53,801 nucleotides of DNA, taken from Massilibacillus sp. (lineage in GTDB: Bacteria > Bacillota > Negativicutes > JARBTT01). Position numbers and translations under genes: made by a program. Shown here piece by piece: positions 1 to 10,576 of the stretch; within the stretch, counting starts at the first letter, position 1; each line of letters starts with the position of its first letter. Location of the stretch: the NCBI GenBank assembly GCA_029240055.1, contig JARBTT010000003.1, positions 1 through 53,801 on the forward strand. Direction: 5' to 3'. The notes under the pieces were generated by a model that was given only the letters and a program-made list of their open reading frames with translations, made no database searches and was not told the origin of the DNA.

Positions 1-1394
1 ACAGCTTGTACAGTACTTCCGGTACTAAAGGATGGTACGCCATTATGTTTTTTAGATAAATATCGTTCTAATCCACATGCTTATATAAAATTGTGGAAAC
101 ATCACGCTGCGCAGGATAAAGCAAATGAGCTCAATAGAATCGCAGAGGTACGTGGTGAAAAATGGTTGGCTCGGTATGGTGGGAAAATTTCATCAGAATG
201 GGCAATTCCAAAATTATGGCAGATTCTTGATGAAGCTCCTGAAGTTTATGCGGAAATGGCTTACTTCATTGAAGCGGCTGATTGGGTGATCTGGCAGCTG
301 TGCGGTGTGCAAACGAGAAATTCTTGTACGGCTGGATACAAAGAAATTTGGCATAAGACAGACGGATATCCATCCAAAGAATTTTTTAAAGCTTTAGATC
401 CAAGATTAGAGAATGTTGTAGAAGATAAATTAAATTGTCCAATCACACCATTGGGGCAAAAAGCTGGCTCGATTACAGAGGAAGCTGCCAAACTTACAGG
501 ACTTAAAGTAGGCACAGCAGTAGCAGTTGGAAATGTAGATGCGCACGTGACAATTCCAGCGGTAAAAATTGATAGTGCAGCAAAAATACTTGGAATCATG
601 GGAACCTCTACTTGTCATATTTTACTTGGTGATCAAGAAAGAATTGTTCCGGGGATGTGTGGGGTTGTAGAAGATGGTGTTTTGCCTGGTTTTTATGGCT
701 ATGAAGCAGGACAATCCTGTGTGGGGGATCATTTTGCGTGGTTTGTAAACAATTGTTTGCCAGAGAGCTATAGTGAAGCTGCAAAAAAGAAAGGTATAAA
801 CGTACAGCAATACCTTACAGAAAAAGCGAGTCAGCTTGCTGTCGGGGAAAGCGGGCTGGTAGCGCTTGACTGGTGGAATGGCAATCGATCTGTTTTGGTT
901 GATGTTGACTTAACAGGGATGATTCTAGGGCTTACCTTACAATCCAAGCCAGAAGAAATTTATCGCGCTCTGATTGAAGCAACTGCGTATGGTACAAGAA
1001 AAATTATCGAAACATTCCGCAATAGTGGAGTGCCAGTTGATGAGTTCTATGCATCGGGTGGTATTTCACAGAAAAATCCAATGGCAATGCAAATATATGC
1101 AGATATTTGCAATATTCCAGTAAAAATTGCTGGATCTACGCAAGGCCCAGCACTTGGTTCGGCAATCTTTGCAGCTGTCGCCGCAGGCAAAGCCGAAGGT
1201 GGCTATGATGATATTTTTAATGCAACAAAAAAATGGGTAATTTAAAAGATATTATTTATCAACCAATGCCTGAACATGTTACGGTTTATGATAAACTTTA
1301 TGCGGAATATGATAAGCTTCATGATTATTTTGGGCGAGGGGCAAATGATGTGATGAAACGCCTAAAAGCAATTAAAAAAGAAGCTACTAAATAA
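1..1394 (+). CDS. araB: L-ribulokinase, 5'-truncated by the window and with an apparent -1 frameshift at A7 (1227-1233)
   Basis: Frame 1 is open from base 1 to TAA 1243-1245 and carries FGGY kinase motifs ([25 protein letters not shown]). The AraB-like C-terminus ([26 protein letters not shown]...[15 protein letters not shown]) continues in the -1 frame, 1233-1394. Lies upstream of araA and araD. Confidence 0.9.
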
Positions 1395-1418
1395 AAAGCA
1401 AAATAAGTAGGGGGTTTT

Positions 1419-2900
1419 ATGATGAAAGATTTGAAAACATGTCAATTTTGGTTTATTACCGGCAGCCAACATCTTTATGGTGAAGAAACACTGAAAAAAG
1501 TTGCAGAGCATTCTGAAAGTATGGTTGAGAAATTAAATCAAGCAAATCAAATTCCAGCTGAAATCGTTTTTAAAATTGTGGCAACTACTTCAGAGGCAAT
1601 TGAAAACATTATAGAAGAAGCAAATTATGATAAGAGTTGTGTTGGTATTATTACTTGGATGCATACATTTTCCCCATCAAAAATGTGGATTCGTGGGTTA
1701 GGTAAATTACAAAAACCTTACCTACATTTACATACACAATTTAATCGTGAAATTCCTAATGAAGACATTGATATGGATTTTATGAATTTAAACCAAGCGG
1801 CACATGGAGATCGTGAGCATGGGTTCATTGGCACGAGAATGCGCTTGCCCCGTAAAGTGATTGTTGGGTACTGGGAAGACAAACATGTAAAAGAAAAAAT
1901 TGGCTTATGGATGCGTAGTGCAATCGGTGTGATGACAAGTAAGAAGTTAAAAGTTGCTCGGTTTGGCGATAATATGCGTGATGTTGCGGTAACAGAAGGC
2001 GATAAAGTAGAAGCACAAATCAAGCTTGGTTGGTCAGTGAATACCTATCCAGTTGGTGATTTATTAGCATATATTGATGCTGTCAGCGAAGCTGAGATTG
2101 ATGCTATAGTGAAGGAATATGAACAAGCATATATAATAAAAACTGATAATATCGAATCCGTGCGCTATCAGGCAAGACTCGAGATTGGGATGGAAACGTT
2201 TTTGAAAAAAGGTGGTTTTGATGCCTTTGTCAACACCTTTGAAGATTTAAATGGCATGAAGCAATTGCCGGGACTTGCATCGCAAAGATTAATGGAAAAA
2301 GGCTATGGCTTTGGTCCTGAAGGCGACTGGAAGGTTGCTGCTATGACCAGTGTAATGAAAACAATGGCACAAGGGCTTGTTGGTGGTACATCGCTTATGG
2401 AAGATTATACGTATCATTTTGCCGGGGAAGAAAGCTTGATTTTAGGTTCTCATATGCTTGAAATATGTCCTACGGTTGCTGCAACAAAGCCAAGCATAGA
2501 AGTTCATCCACTTGGTATCGGTGGTAAAGATGATCCTGCTAGACTGGTATTTGAAGGGGCAAGTGGTAAAGCAATTTGTGCGAGCTTAATTGATATGGGT
2601 GGAAGGTTACGTTTGATTGTGAATGATATATTGGCAGTAAAACCAATTATGGCGATGCCGAATTTACCAGTAGCGCGCGTGATGTGGAAACCACTTCCGA
2701 ATCTTGAAACTTCAGCTGAGGCCTGGATCACTGCTGGCGGTGCACATCATAGTGTGATTAGCTTTAGTCTTACAGCAAATGAACTTAGAGATTGGGCGAA
2801 TATGATGGACATTGAATTTGTTCATATTGCTGAAGATATTGATCTGTATCGCTTCAAACAGGATTTATTGATCGCAGATCTTGCTTGGAAGTTAAAATAA
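1419..2900 (+). CDS. araA: L-arabinose isomerase
   Basis: 493 aa; motifs FWFITGSQHLYG, WMHTFSPSKMW, LNQAAHGDRE, MEDYTY, GSHMLE, AGGAHH. Confidence 0.97.
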   Translation: MMKDLKTCQFWFITGSQHLYGEETLKKVAEHSESMVEKLNQANQIPAEIVFKIVATTSEAIENIIEEANYDKSCVGIITWMHTFSPSKMWIRGLGKLQKPYLHLHTQFNREIPNEDIDMDFMNLNQAAHGDREHGFIGTRMRLPRKVIVGYWEDKHVKEKIGLWMRSAIGVMTSKKLKVARFGDNMRDVAVTEGDKVEAQIKLGWSVNTYPVGDLLAYIDAVSEAEIDAIVKEYEQAYIIKTDNIESVRYQARLEIGMETFLKKGGFDAFVNTFEDLNGMKQLPGLASQRLMEKGYGFGPEGDWKVAAMTSVMKTMAQGLVGGTSLMEDYTYHFAGEESLILGSHMLEICPTVAATKPSIEVHPLGIGGKDDPARLVFEGASGKAICASLIDMGGRLRLIVNDILAVKPIMAMPNLPVARVMWKPLPNLETSAEAWITAGGAHHSVISFSLTANELRDWANMMDIEFVHIAEDIDLYRFKQDLLIADLAWKLK

Positions 2901-2965
2901 TGTATTAAAATAGCTGTGGTAGCAGAATAGGTCTGGTGCTGCAAGTGTAATGGGGTAGATAAATT

Positions 2966-3658
2966 ATGTTAGAAGAATTAAAAGAAGCTGTCTATCGTAC
3001 CAATATGATGTTACCGCAATATAAGCTGATTACCTTTACTTGGGGTAACGTTTCGGGGATTGATCGCAAGTCTAAGCTAGTGGTAATAAAGCCATCTGGA
3101 GTGGAATATGAAGAGATGAAAGCTACTGACATGGTAGTCGTAGATCTTGCAGGCAATGTAGTGGAAGGTAAACTAAAACCATCGTCTGATACAGCAACTC
3201 ACATCGAACTGTATAAAGCTAACGCGGACATTGGTGGAATTGTCCATACCCATTCCCGTTATGCGACGGTATGGGCGCAAGCAAGTCTTGACATTCCAGC
3301 ACTAGGAACAACACATGCAGATTATTTTTATGGGAATATTCCTTGTACTCGTCCTATGACAGACGCGGAAATTAATGGAGAATATGAAAAAGAAACTGGC
3401 AAGGTTATCATTGAAACATTTCAAAATAAAAAATTTAATGATATCCCGGGTGTTTTGGTGCATTCACATGGTCCGTTTTCTTGGGGCAGAGATCCTTTCA
3501 ATGCTGTACATAATGCTGTAGTGCTAGAAGAAGTTGCCTTTATGGCCTTGCATTCGAATATCTTGAATAATGGAGTTACTCATCAAATGCAACAAGTTCT
3601 TTTAGACAAACATTATTTAAGAAAACATGGTAAAAATGCCTACTACGGGCAAGCATAA
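2966..3658 (+). CDS. araD: L-ribulose-5-phosphate 4-epimerase
   Basis: 230 aa; motifs [42 protein letters not shown]. Confidence 0.97.
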   Translation: MLEELKEAVYRTNMMLPQYKLITFTWGNVSGIDRKSKLVVIKPSGVEYEEMKATDMVVVDLAGNVVEGKLKPSSDTATHIELYKANADIGGIVHTHSRYATVWAQASLDIPALGTTHADYFYGNIPCTRPMTDAEINGEYEKETGKVIIETFQNKKFNDIPGVLVHSHGPFSWGRDPFNAVHNAVVLEEVAFMALHSNILNNGVTHQMQQVLLDKHYLRKHGKNAYYGQA

Positions 3659-3750
3659 GATAAAGGATTAAGAATTAAGAATAGACGTATGATCATAATG
3701 GAAAGACCTTAGAAATAAAGGCGGGACGAAATACATAATTTCATAAAGTA

Positions 3751-3798
3751 AAGAAGACGATTTATATGTTTTATTTCATATGGATCGTTCTTTTTTTT
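3751..3798 (+). terminator. Probable intrinsic terminator of the ara operon
   Basis: Imperfect stem aagaagacgatttatatg / catatggatcgttctt running into T8. Confidence 0.6.
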
Positions 3799-3840
3799 GG
3801 TAAAAGTGAAACGATCACATCATTACGAAAGAAATGACAT

Positions 3841-3891
3841 AGAATATATGTAAAAGTGAAAATAAGCACATTCTACTTTTACATATGTTCT
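3841..3891. promoter_or_regulatory. 17-bp-arm inverted repeat, candidate operator
   Basis: agaatatatgtaaaagt (3841-3857) / acttttacatatgttct (3875-3891), one mismatch, just upstream of the -35 of the SorC-family gene. Confidence 0.55.
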
Positions 3892-3903
3892 AATCGATAG
3901 ATA

Positions 3904-3932
3904 TTGAAAACATAATAATATGTCGATATAAT
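3904..3932 (+). promoter_or_regulatory. SigA-type promoter of the PTS operon
   Basis: TTGAAA-N17-TATAAT. Confidence 0.7.
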
Positions 3933-3981
3933 ACTAATTGTAAACCAAGTTATTTAGTTATTCTGTATCGGAGGTTTTTCA

Positions 3982-4947
3982 ATGAAAAAGATTATTGATG
4001 ATACAAGACTCATTTATAAATGTTGTAGTCTTTATTATGAAGATGAAATGAGTCAACAAGGAATTTGTGATTATCTAGGGATTTCAAGGCCGTCAGTTTC
4101 ACGCATGTTGAAATTGGGTAAAGATCAAGGCATTGTAAAGATTGAAGTTGTCAGTCCCTATAATTTTACGTTTGGTAAATTAGAACGAGAGTTAGAAAAG
4201 AAATTTTCACTTAGAGAAGTTATTGTTGTGGATTCAAGTCCACTTGAAACAGGGACAGAAAGAATTAGCAGTAATCTAGGGGAAGAAACTTTAAATTTTT
4301 TATCGAGAACTTTGGATGAAGGAGAAGTCGTTGGTGTTTCAATGGGGATGACTTTACAAAATGTAATTCGCGCTAAAAGTGCGATTGATGAGCCAATCGA
4401 ATGTACATTTGTACCGATTGTTGGTGGGGTTGGGCAAAGTAGAGTAGATATTCATTCCAATTATATTGCCAGCGAATTTTCAAAGTTATTTCATGGCGAA
4501 TGTGTGCAATTTTTTTCACCAGCAGTATTTTCCAATGTTACAATTCTAGAAGGATTTTTAAACGAAAAGGCCGTCAGAAATATTTTCAATATTTACAAAA
4601 GTGTGACAACAGTGATTATGGGAATCGGCATTACCCAGAGGGGTGCTTCAACTTTATTGGAAACGGGTTATATTGATGAAAATGAATTGGATAGTTTTGT
4701 GAAAGATGGTGCTGTTGGCGATATATCGTTACAATTTTTCGATAAAAATGGTAGTACTGAAAAATTCAGAAAATTCAATCAAAGAGTTGCAGGAATGCCG
4801 ATTGAACAGTTGAAAAAAGTTCCTAAGCGTATCGGTATCGCTGGTGGTAGCCATAGAGCAGATGCAGTTTTAGGAGCTATCCATGGTGGTTTCGTAAACA
4901 TATTGATCACCGATATTGACTGTGCCAGATTATTAATTGATGCATAA
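3982..4947 (+). CDS. SorC/DeoR-family sugar-binding transcriptional regulator
   Basis: N-terminal HTH (LYYEDEMSQQGICDYLGISRPSVSRML) plus sugar-binding domain (GVSMGMTL, GAVGDI, LITD). Confidence 0.9.
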   Translation: MKKIIDDTRLIYKCCSLYYEDEMSQQGICDYLGISRPSVSRMLKLGKDQGIVKIEVVSPYNFTFGKLERELEKKFSLREVIVVDSSPLETGTERISSNLGEETLNFLSRTLDEGEVVGVSMGMTLQNVIRAKSAIDEPIECTFVPIVGGVGQSRVDIHSNYIASEFSKLFHGECVQFFSPAVFSNVTILEGFLNEKAVRNIFNIYKSVTTVIMGIGITQRGASTLLETGYIDENELDSFVKDGAVGDISLQFFDKNGSTEKFRKFNQRVAGMPIEQLKKVPKRIGIAGGSHRADAVLGAIHGGFVNILITDIDCARLLIDA

Positions 4948-4965
4948 CTGATAAGAGAGGAGAAA

Positions 4966-5364
4966 ATGAGGACAATGAATACAACAAAATTATTTATATT
5001 CTTATTTGTTCTGATGATAGCACAAGCGCTTGGGACATACTTGCAAGTACAGCAATATAAAAAAGCCGTTCGGCGATTACACAAATTAGGCAATATTGGT
5101 ATTGGTAGTAAGAAAGGTAAATTTACTCAAGGGAATATTGTGATTATTGCTTGTAATCGTGATGGGGTGATTACGGCAGGTGAAATAATGGAAGGATTTA
5201 CAATTTTTAATACATTTAAAGAGCTTTCGGGGATTGCCGGCAAAACAATCTATCATTTGAAAGCTGAATATATGAATCTTTCAGAAAAACAGCAGAAAAA
5301 ATATAAAGCGCATATTCAAGCATTAGATGCTTTGTATATAAGATTGAACCCAGTAGAAGAGTAA
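4966..5364 (+). CDS. gutM: Glucitol operon activator GutM/SrlM
   Basis: 132 aa; hydrophobic N-terminus, Q-x-LG-x-x-Q pattern, IGIGSKKG; directly precedes srlA. Confidence 0.8.
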   Translation: MRTMNTTKLFIFLFVLMIAQALGTYLQVQQYKKAVRRLHKLGNIGIGSKKGKFTQGNIVIIACNRDGVITAGEIMEGFTIFNTFKELSGIAGKTIYHLKAEYMNLSEKQQKKYKAHIQALDALYIRLNPVEE

Positions 5365-5503
5365 AAGGTGCAATATATGGTGGTGTTCAAGAAGTTCACC
5401 TAAAGATTTACTCGATAAGGGCCCTATTGAGTAGCTGTTTGCATCAGTCAAGAAAGTTATTAGGAAAACTTCTAAGCATAAAAAATTAGGGAGGCAAAAA
5501 ATT

Positions 5504-6025
5504 ATGGAATTTATAGCTGGATTAGCGAATGGTTTTATGGAACTTTTTAAAGCAGGTGCTGCAACTTTTGCAGCTTGGGTAGCCGGAATTATACCGCTTA
5601 TCGTTGTATTAATGACTGCAGTGAGTGCCGTTATCAAATTAATTGGTGAAGAACGTGTACATGCATTGGCAAAACAAGCGACAAAAAATATTATTACACG
5701 TTATACTATTCTACCAATTTTAGCAGTTTTATTCTTAGGTAATCCGATGTGTTATAGCTTTGGTAGATTTGTTGAACCAAAACACAAACCATCTTTCTAT
5801 GATGCAACTGTAAGTTTTCTTCATCCGGTAACAGGTTTATTCCCCCATGCAAATGGTGGTGAGCTCTTTGTATATATGGGAATTGCTGCTGGGATAACGA
5901 CATTAGGTCTTCCTTTAGGGGAGCTCGCAGTCAGATATTTTCTTGTAGGTATTGTTGTTATCTTTATCCGTGGTGTTGTTACTGAAAAAATTTATGCATC
6001 GATGAAAGCAAAAGAAGAAAAATAA
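5504..6025 (+). CDS. srlA: PTS glucitol/sorbitol-family IIC component
   Basis: Motifs NPMCYSFGRF, HPVTGLFPHANGGELFVY, IRGVVTE. Confidence 0.9.
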   Translation: MEFIAGLANGFMELFKAGAATFAAWVAGIIPLIVVLMTAVSAVIKLIGEERVHALAKQATKNIITRYTILPILAVLFLGNPMCYSFGRFVEPKHKPSFYDATVSFLHPVTGLFPHANGGELFVYMGIAAGITTLGLPLGELAVRYFLVGIVVIFIRGVVTEKIYASMKAKEEK

Positions 6026-6065
6026 TAACCAGCAATCTAAAAAAATAGCAGAGAGGATTGATATT

Positions 6066-7091
6066 ATGTATAAATCAATTACGATTTCAAAAGGCAGTGG
6101 CGGCTGGGGCGGACCATTAACGATTATGCCAACTGCCAACTGTAATAAAATTGTGAGTGTAACTGGTGGGGGAATTCATCCTGTGGCAATTAAAATTGCT
6201 GAAATGACTGGATGCGAAGCAATTGATGGCTTTACAACTGCAATCCCGGACGATCAAATATTAGTGGCTGTAGTCGATTGTGGAGGTACTGCACGTTGTG
6301 GTGTTTATCCTAAGAAAAATATTTTCACCGTTAATTTAACTCCAGTGGGCAAAGTTGGACCGCTTGCACAGTTTATTAGTGAAAATTTATATGTATCCGC
6401 TGTAAATGAAAGCTGTTTAACCTATGCGCCAGAAGGTACTCCATTAACAAGTAAAGATGGTAGTAATGTTGGCGCTGCACAAATAGCAACGAATAAATCA
6501 AGTGAGCCAAAAACAAAAGCACAAGCAAGAGCGGAACTTGCAAAGATGAATGCTGGAAAAGAAAAGAATTTTATAACCAAATTAGGGATTGGTGTCGGTG
6601 GCGTCGTAAATAAATTCTACCAAGCTGGTCGCGAAACAATTGATATGGTTGTTAAAACAATTCTACCGTTTATGGCATTCGTAAGTATGATCATTGGTAT
6701 TATTAGTGCATCAGGTATCGGTGATATTATCGCCCATACAATCTCGCCACTTGCTAGTACCTTACCAGGGATGTTAGTTATTTCGGTAGTATGCTCTTTG
6801 CCTTTTATTTCGCCAGTGATTGGACCAGGCGCCGTAATCGCACAAGTTGTCGGTACTTTACTTGGGGTTGAAATTGGCTTAGGACACATTCCAGCGCAAT
6901 ATGCATTGCCAGCATTATTTGCAATTAATGCACAGGTTGGTGGTGACTTTGTTCCAGTTGGTTTAAGTCTTGGTGAAGCTGATCCTGAGACTATTGAGCT
7001 TGGGGTTCCAGCTGTATTATATTCGCGTGTAATTACAGGACCATTATCTGTTATTATCGCTTATATTTTTAGCTTTGGCATGTATATGTAA
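6066..7091 (+). CDS. srlE: PTS glucitol/sorbitol-family IIBC component
   Basis: Motifs GSGGWGGPL, DCGGTARCGVYPKK (phospho-Cys), SPVIGPGAVIAQV, LPALFAINAQ. Confidence 0.93.
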   Translation: MYKSITISKGSGGWGGPLTIMPTANCNKIVSVTGGGIHPVAIKIAEMTGCEAIDGFTTAIPDDQILVAVVDCGGTARCGVYPKKNIFTVNLTPVGKVGPLAQFISENLYVSAVNESCLTYAPEGTPLTSKDGSNVGAAQIATNKSSEPKTKAQARAELAKMNAGKEKNFITKLGIGVGGVVNKFYQAGRETIDMVVKTILPFMAFVSMIIGIISASGIGDIIAHTISPLASTLPGMLVISVVCSLPFISPVIGPGAVIAQVVGTLLGVEIGLGHIPAQYALPALFAINAQVGGDFVPVGLSLGEADPETIELGVPAVLYSRVITGPLSVIIAYIFSFGMYM

Positions 7092-7137
7092 TAAGTGTGT
7101 AAAAATGTTTTTAATGTACCATAAAGGAGGAACTTAA

Positions 7138-7506
7138 ATGAAATATCACTCTGAGATAACTGGCTGGGGTGAAGAGGCTTTATTTTTTCTTAGTGAAAAG
7201 GAAATGAATTTTATCATTATCTTTAATGACGGTGCGCCAGCAGAATTAGCAGAAATATCAGTACTTCATAAGCCCGCACCGATTCTTGTGGATTTGGCAG
7301 TTGGGGATACCGTAGTTCTTTGTGAGAAGGTGTTTACAATTACTGCGATTGGCGATGAAGCAAGGCAGACATTGAAAGAATTAGGGCATTGTACATTGAG
7401 CTTTAAAGGTGGAGCTGAGCCAGAGCGTCCGGGGTGTATTATGCTAGAAGGCGAAGATTTGGTGGCTCAAGATTTTACCGTAGGTAGCTTGATTGAAATT
7501 TACTAA
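7138..7506 (+). CDS. srlB: PTS glucitol/sorbitol-family IIA component
   Basis: 122 aa; APAELAEISVLH, TLKELGHCTL, RPG. Confidence 0.9.
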   Translation: MKYHSEITGWGEEALFFLSEKEMNFIIIFNDGAPAELAEISVLHKPAPILVDLAVGDTVVLCEKVFTITAIGDEARQTLKELGHCTLSFKGGAEPERPGCIMLEGEDLVAQDFTVGSLIEIY

Positions 7507-7557
7507 TTTAGATATTGTAAATTTTCAATAATAATATAAAGAAGGAAGTAATGAATT

Positions 7558-8853
7558 ATGTTAAATATGAATCAAAAATTGATCAAACGTCAGCAGGAAG
7601 GAAAAGTTATACGTACCGGTATTGTTGGTGCTGGTCAAATGGGAAGAGGTATGGTAACACAAATGGCATTAATGCAAGGAATTATGCCAGCAATTGTGTC
7701 TGATATCAATATTGAAAATGCAATACATGCATTTAAGTATGCTGGAATTCAAGATGATCAAATCGCAATTGTAGATACGATTGCTGATGCGAACAAATGG
7801 ATAGAAGCTGGAAAATATGTTGCTACAGTAAATGCAGATTTAATTTCAGAGGCCAATCTAATCGAATGTGCAATTGATGCAACTGGTGTACCTGATGTTG
7901 GGGCAAAAGTGGCTACAGATGCAATGAAAAATGGTAAACACTGCGTAATGTTAAATGTAGAAACTGATGTTGTTATTGGCCCTTATCTTAAGAAATTAGC
8001 AGCGCAGCAAGGAGTTATTTATACTGGTTCTGCTGGTGACGAACCTGGTGCTGTTATGGAATTATACTGTTTTGCAAAAGCAATGGGTATGGATGTTAAA
8101 GTAATGGGGAAAGGTAAAAATAATAAACTAGATTATGATTGCAACCCTGATACTGTTCTTGAAGAAGCGACTCGTCGGGTAATGAGTCCTAAAATGCTTT
8201 GCTCGTTCAAAGATGGCACAAAAACAATGGTAGAAATGACGGCAATGTCAAATGCCACTGGTTTGATTCCAGATGTAATCGGTGGACATGGCGTCGCGGC
8301 AACAGTGAAAGAATTACCTGATCTATATAGATTGAAACAAGATGGTGGTATCTTAAATAAACACGGTGTTGTTGAATATGTAAACGGTATTGCGCCGGGG
8401 GTATTTGTAGCAGTATCTACAGAAAACGAAGAAATCGCTTACCAAATGCGTTATCATAGTATGGGCGCTGGTCCAATTTGGATTTTATATCGTCCATATC
8501 ATTTATGTAATTTGGAAACTCCACTAACAGTTGCAAAAGCTGTTATTGATGGGGAAGCGACAATTGTTCCAGTGGATGGTCTTGTTAGTGAATGTATTAC
8601 GGTTGCAAAAACAGATCTAAAAGCTGGTCAAACAATTGATGGTATTGGTGGCTACACAACATATGGCTCTATAGCCACAGCTGTTGAATCCGATGAAAAA
8701 GGTTATGTACCATATGGTTTAGTAAACAAAAAAGCGCGCATGATTAAAGATGCAAAAAAAGGTCAGATTTTAACTTTAGATATGCTTGAATTAGATACTT
8801 CTACTCTTATTTATAAACTTCGTAAAGAACAAGATGCAATGTATAGAAAATAA
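7558..8853 (+). CDS. NAD(P)-dependent oxidoreductase, homoserine-dehydrogenase-like with C-terminal SAF domain (COG4091-like)
   Basis: Rossmann motif GIVGAGQMG; DATG, MLNVETD, GDEPG, GKGKNN, DGTKTMVEM, RPYHL; SAF-like end AKTDLKAGQTIDGIGG. Confidence 0.85.
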   Translation: MLNMNQKLIKRQQEGKVIRTGIVGAGQMGRGMVTQMALMQGIMPAIVSDINIENAIHAFKYAGIQDDQIAIVDTIADANKWIEAGKYVATVNADLISEANLIECAIDATGVPDVGAKVATDAMKNGKHCVMLNVETDVVIGPYLKKLAAQQGVIYTGSAGDEPGAVMELYCFAKAMGMDVKVMGKGKNNKLDYDCNPDTVLEEATRRVMSPKMLCSFKDGTKTMVEMTAMSNATGLIPDVIGGHGVAATVKELPDLYRLKQDGGILNKHGVVEYVNGIAPGVFVAVSTENEEIAYQMRYHSMGAGPIWILYRPYHLCNLETPLTVAKAVIDGEATIVPVDGLVSECITVAKTDLKAGQTIDGIGGYTTYGSIATAVESDEKGYVPYGLVNKKARMIKDAKKGQILTLDMLELDTSTLIYKLRKEQDAMYRK

Positions 8854-8860
8854 TAAAAAG

Positions 8861-8895
8861 CAAAAGCTGATGTGTTTATCACATCAGCTTTTGTT
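8861..8895 (+). terminator. Intrinsic terminator of the PTS operon
   Basis: Perfect 14-bp stem caaaagctgatgtg / cacatcagcttttg with a 5-nt loop. Confidence 0.85.
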
Positions 8896-9224
8896 ATGAA
8901 AAATTTAAGACAATGAAAAAATTTTAAATTATAAATTTATTAAAAAATCAAAAAGCTTCCTTATTATATATAAACTTAAAATAAATAAAAATGTATAATC
9001 TTTACTGGTATGTGTTAAGTTACCTAAAGGAAGTTTTTAGTATATAGATCATTCTCAATTGACAAGCATAATATCGTTTCAGATAAAGTTAAACAATTTG
9101 TAAAATTCTTTTTTTATTTTCACTAAATTTAGAGAAAGATTGTATAATTTATGAAAAATATGGTACAATGATAACTGATGATACACCACGTGCCGTGTGT
9201 ATGAAAAGATTGATGAAACAAGTG

Positions 9225-9253
9225 TTGACATTGATTATGAGTCATGTTATTAT
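9225..9253 (+). promoter_or_regulatory. SigA promoter of the ybxF-str operon
   Basis: TTGACA-N17-TATTAT with an extended TG. Confidence 0.8.
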
Positions 9254-9308
9254 ATACGAGTGCCTGAAACAAAAAAAGCATTCATCTGTAGATATGGGAG
9301 TGAATACA

Positions 9309-9554
9309 ATGTCGCTCGACACTTTGAAGACTGCCAAAAAAGTTATTGGTATAAAACAAGTTACGAAAGCTGTCAAAAAAGACTTATGTAAAAAGGTTTT
9401 TATTGCACAAGATGCCGATTTAAGAGTTGTACAACCTCTGAAAGATTTGTGTGAACAACATAAAATCGACAAAGTTGATGTTGCAACGATGAGTGAATTG
9501 GGAGAAGCTTGTACGATTGAAGTAGGAGCTGCTGCAGTGGCTGTTTTGAAGTAA
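9309..9554 (+). CDS. ybxF: L7Ae-family RNA-binding protein YbxF
   Basis: 81 aa from ATG 9309 (SD GGGAG); motifs IGIKQVTKAV, VFIAQDAD, ELGEACTIEVGAAAVA; canonical position before rpsL. Confidence 0.88.
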   Translation: MSLDTLKTAKKVIGIKQVTKAVKKDLCKKVFIAQDADLRVVQPLKDLCEQHKIDKVDVATMSELGEACTIEVGAAAVAVLK

Positions 9555-9639
9555 TCTTGTTAAATATTCTAGCTCTTTTATAAAATTGAGTTGGAATTAT
9601 TAAATAATAAATTTTTATATGAAGGAAGGAGGTGCATGT

Positions 9640-10017
9640 ATGCCTACAATTAGCCAATTAGTACGCAAAGGTAGAGAAAGTATGGAAAAGAAATCTACAG
9701 CACCAGCTTTAAAGGATTGTCCTCAAAAACGTGGTGTTTGTACGAGAGTATATACAACTACTCCTAAAAAACCTAACTCGGCTTTGAGAAAAGTTGCGAG
9801 AATTCGTCTTACTAACAGCATTGAAGTAACAGCTTATATCCCTGGGATTGGTCACAATCTTCAAGAACATAGTGTTGTATTGATTAGAGGCGGCAGGGTA
9901 AAAGATTTACCAGGTGTTCGTTATCATATCATTCGCGGTGCGTTAGATACTGCTGGTGTTCAAAACCGTATGCAATCAAGATCAAAATATGGTGCGAAAC
10001 GCGCTAAGAAAAAATAA
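9640..10017 (+). CDS. rpsL: 30S ribosomal protein S12
   Basis: [30 protein letters not shown]; start moved to ATG 9640 after AGGAGGT. Confidence 0.99.
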   Translation: MPTISQLVRKGRESMEKKSTAPALKDCPQKRGVCTRVYTTTPKKPNSALRKVARIRLTNSIEVTAYIPGIGHNLQEHSVVLIRGGRVKDLPGVRYHIIRGALDTAGVQNRMQSRSKYGAKRAKKK

Positions 10018-10040
10018 TAATTTAATTTGAAGATTTTTGA

Positions 10041-10526
<486 letters not shown>

Positions 10527-10576
10527 TATCTAAAGTGCAATAAATAATCTTTACACTAATAAGGAGCGATGTAATA

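Noticed and set aside
3807-3819. cre/CRP-like site TGAAACGATCACA
   Set aside because: One base short of the cre or CRP spacing; better explained as part of the direct repeat.
9168-9308. N-terminal extension of YbxF in the ORF track
   Set aside because: It spans the promoter. The SD and family length support ATG 9309.
9640-10017. Streptomycin-resistance alleles of rpsL
   Set aside because: PKKPNS and RVKDLP are wild type.
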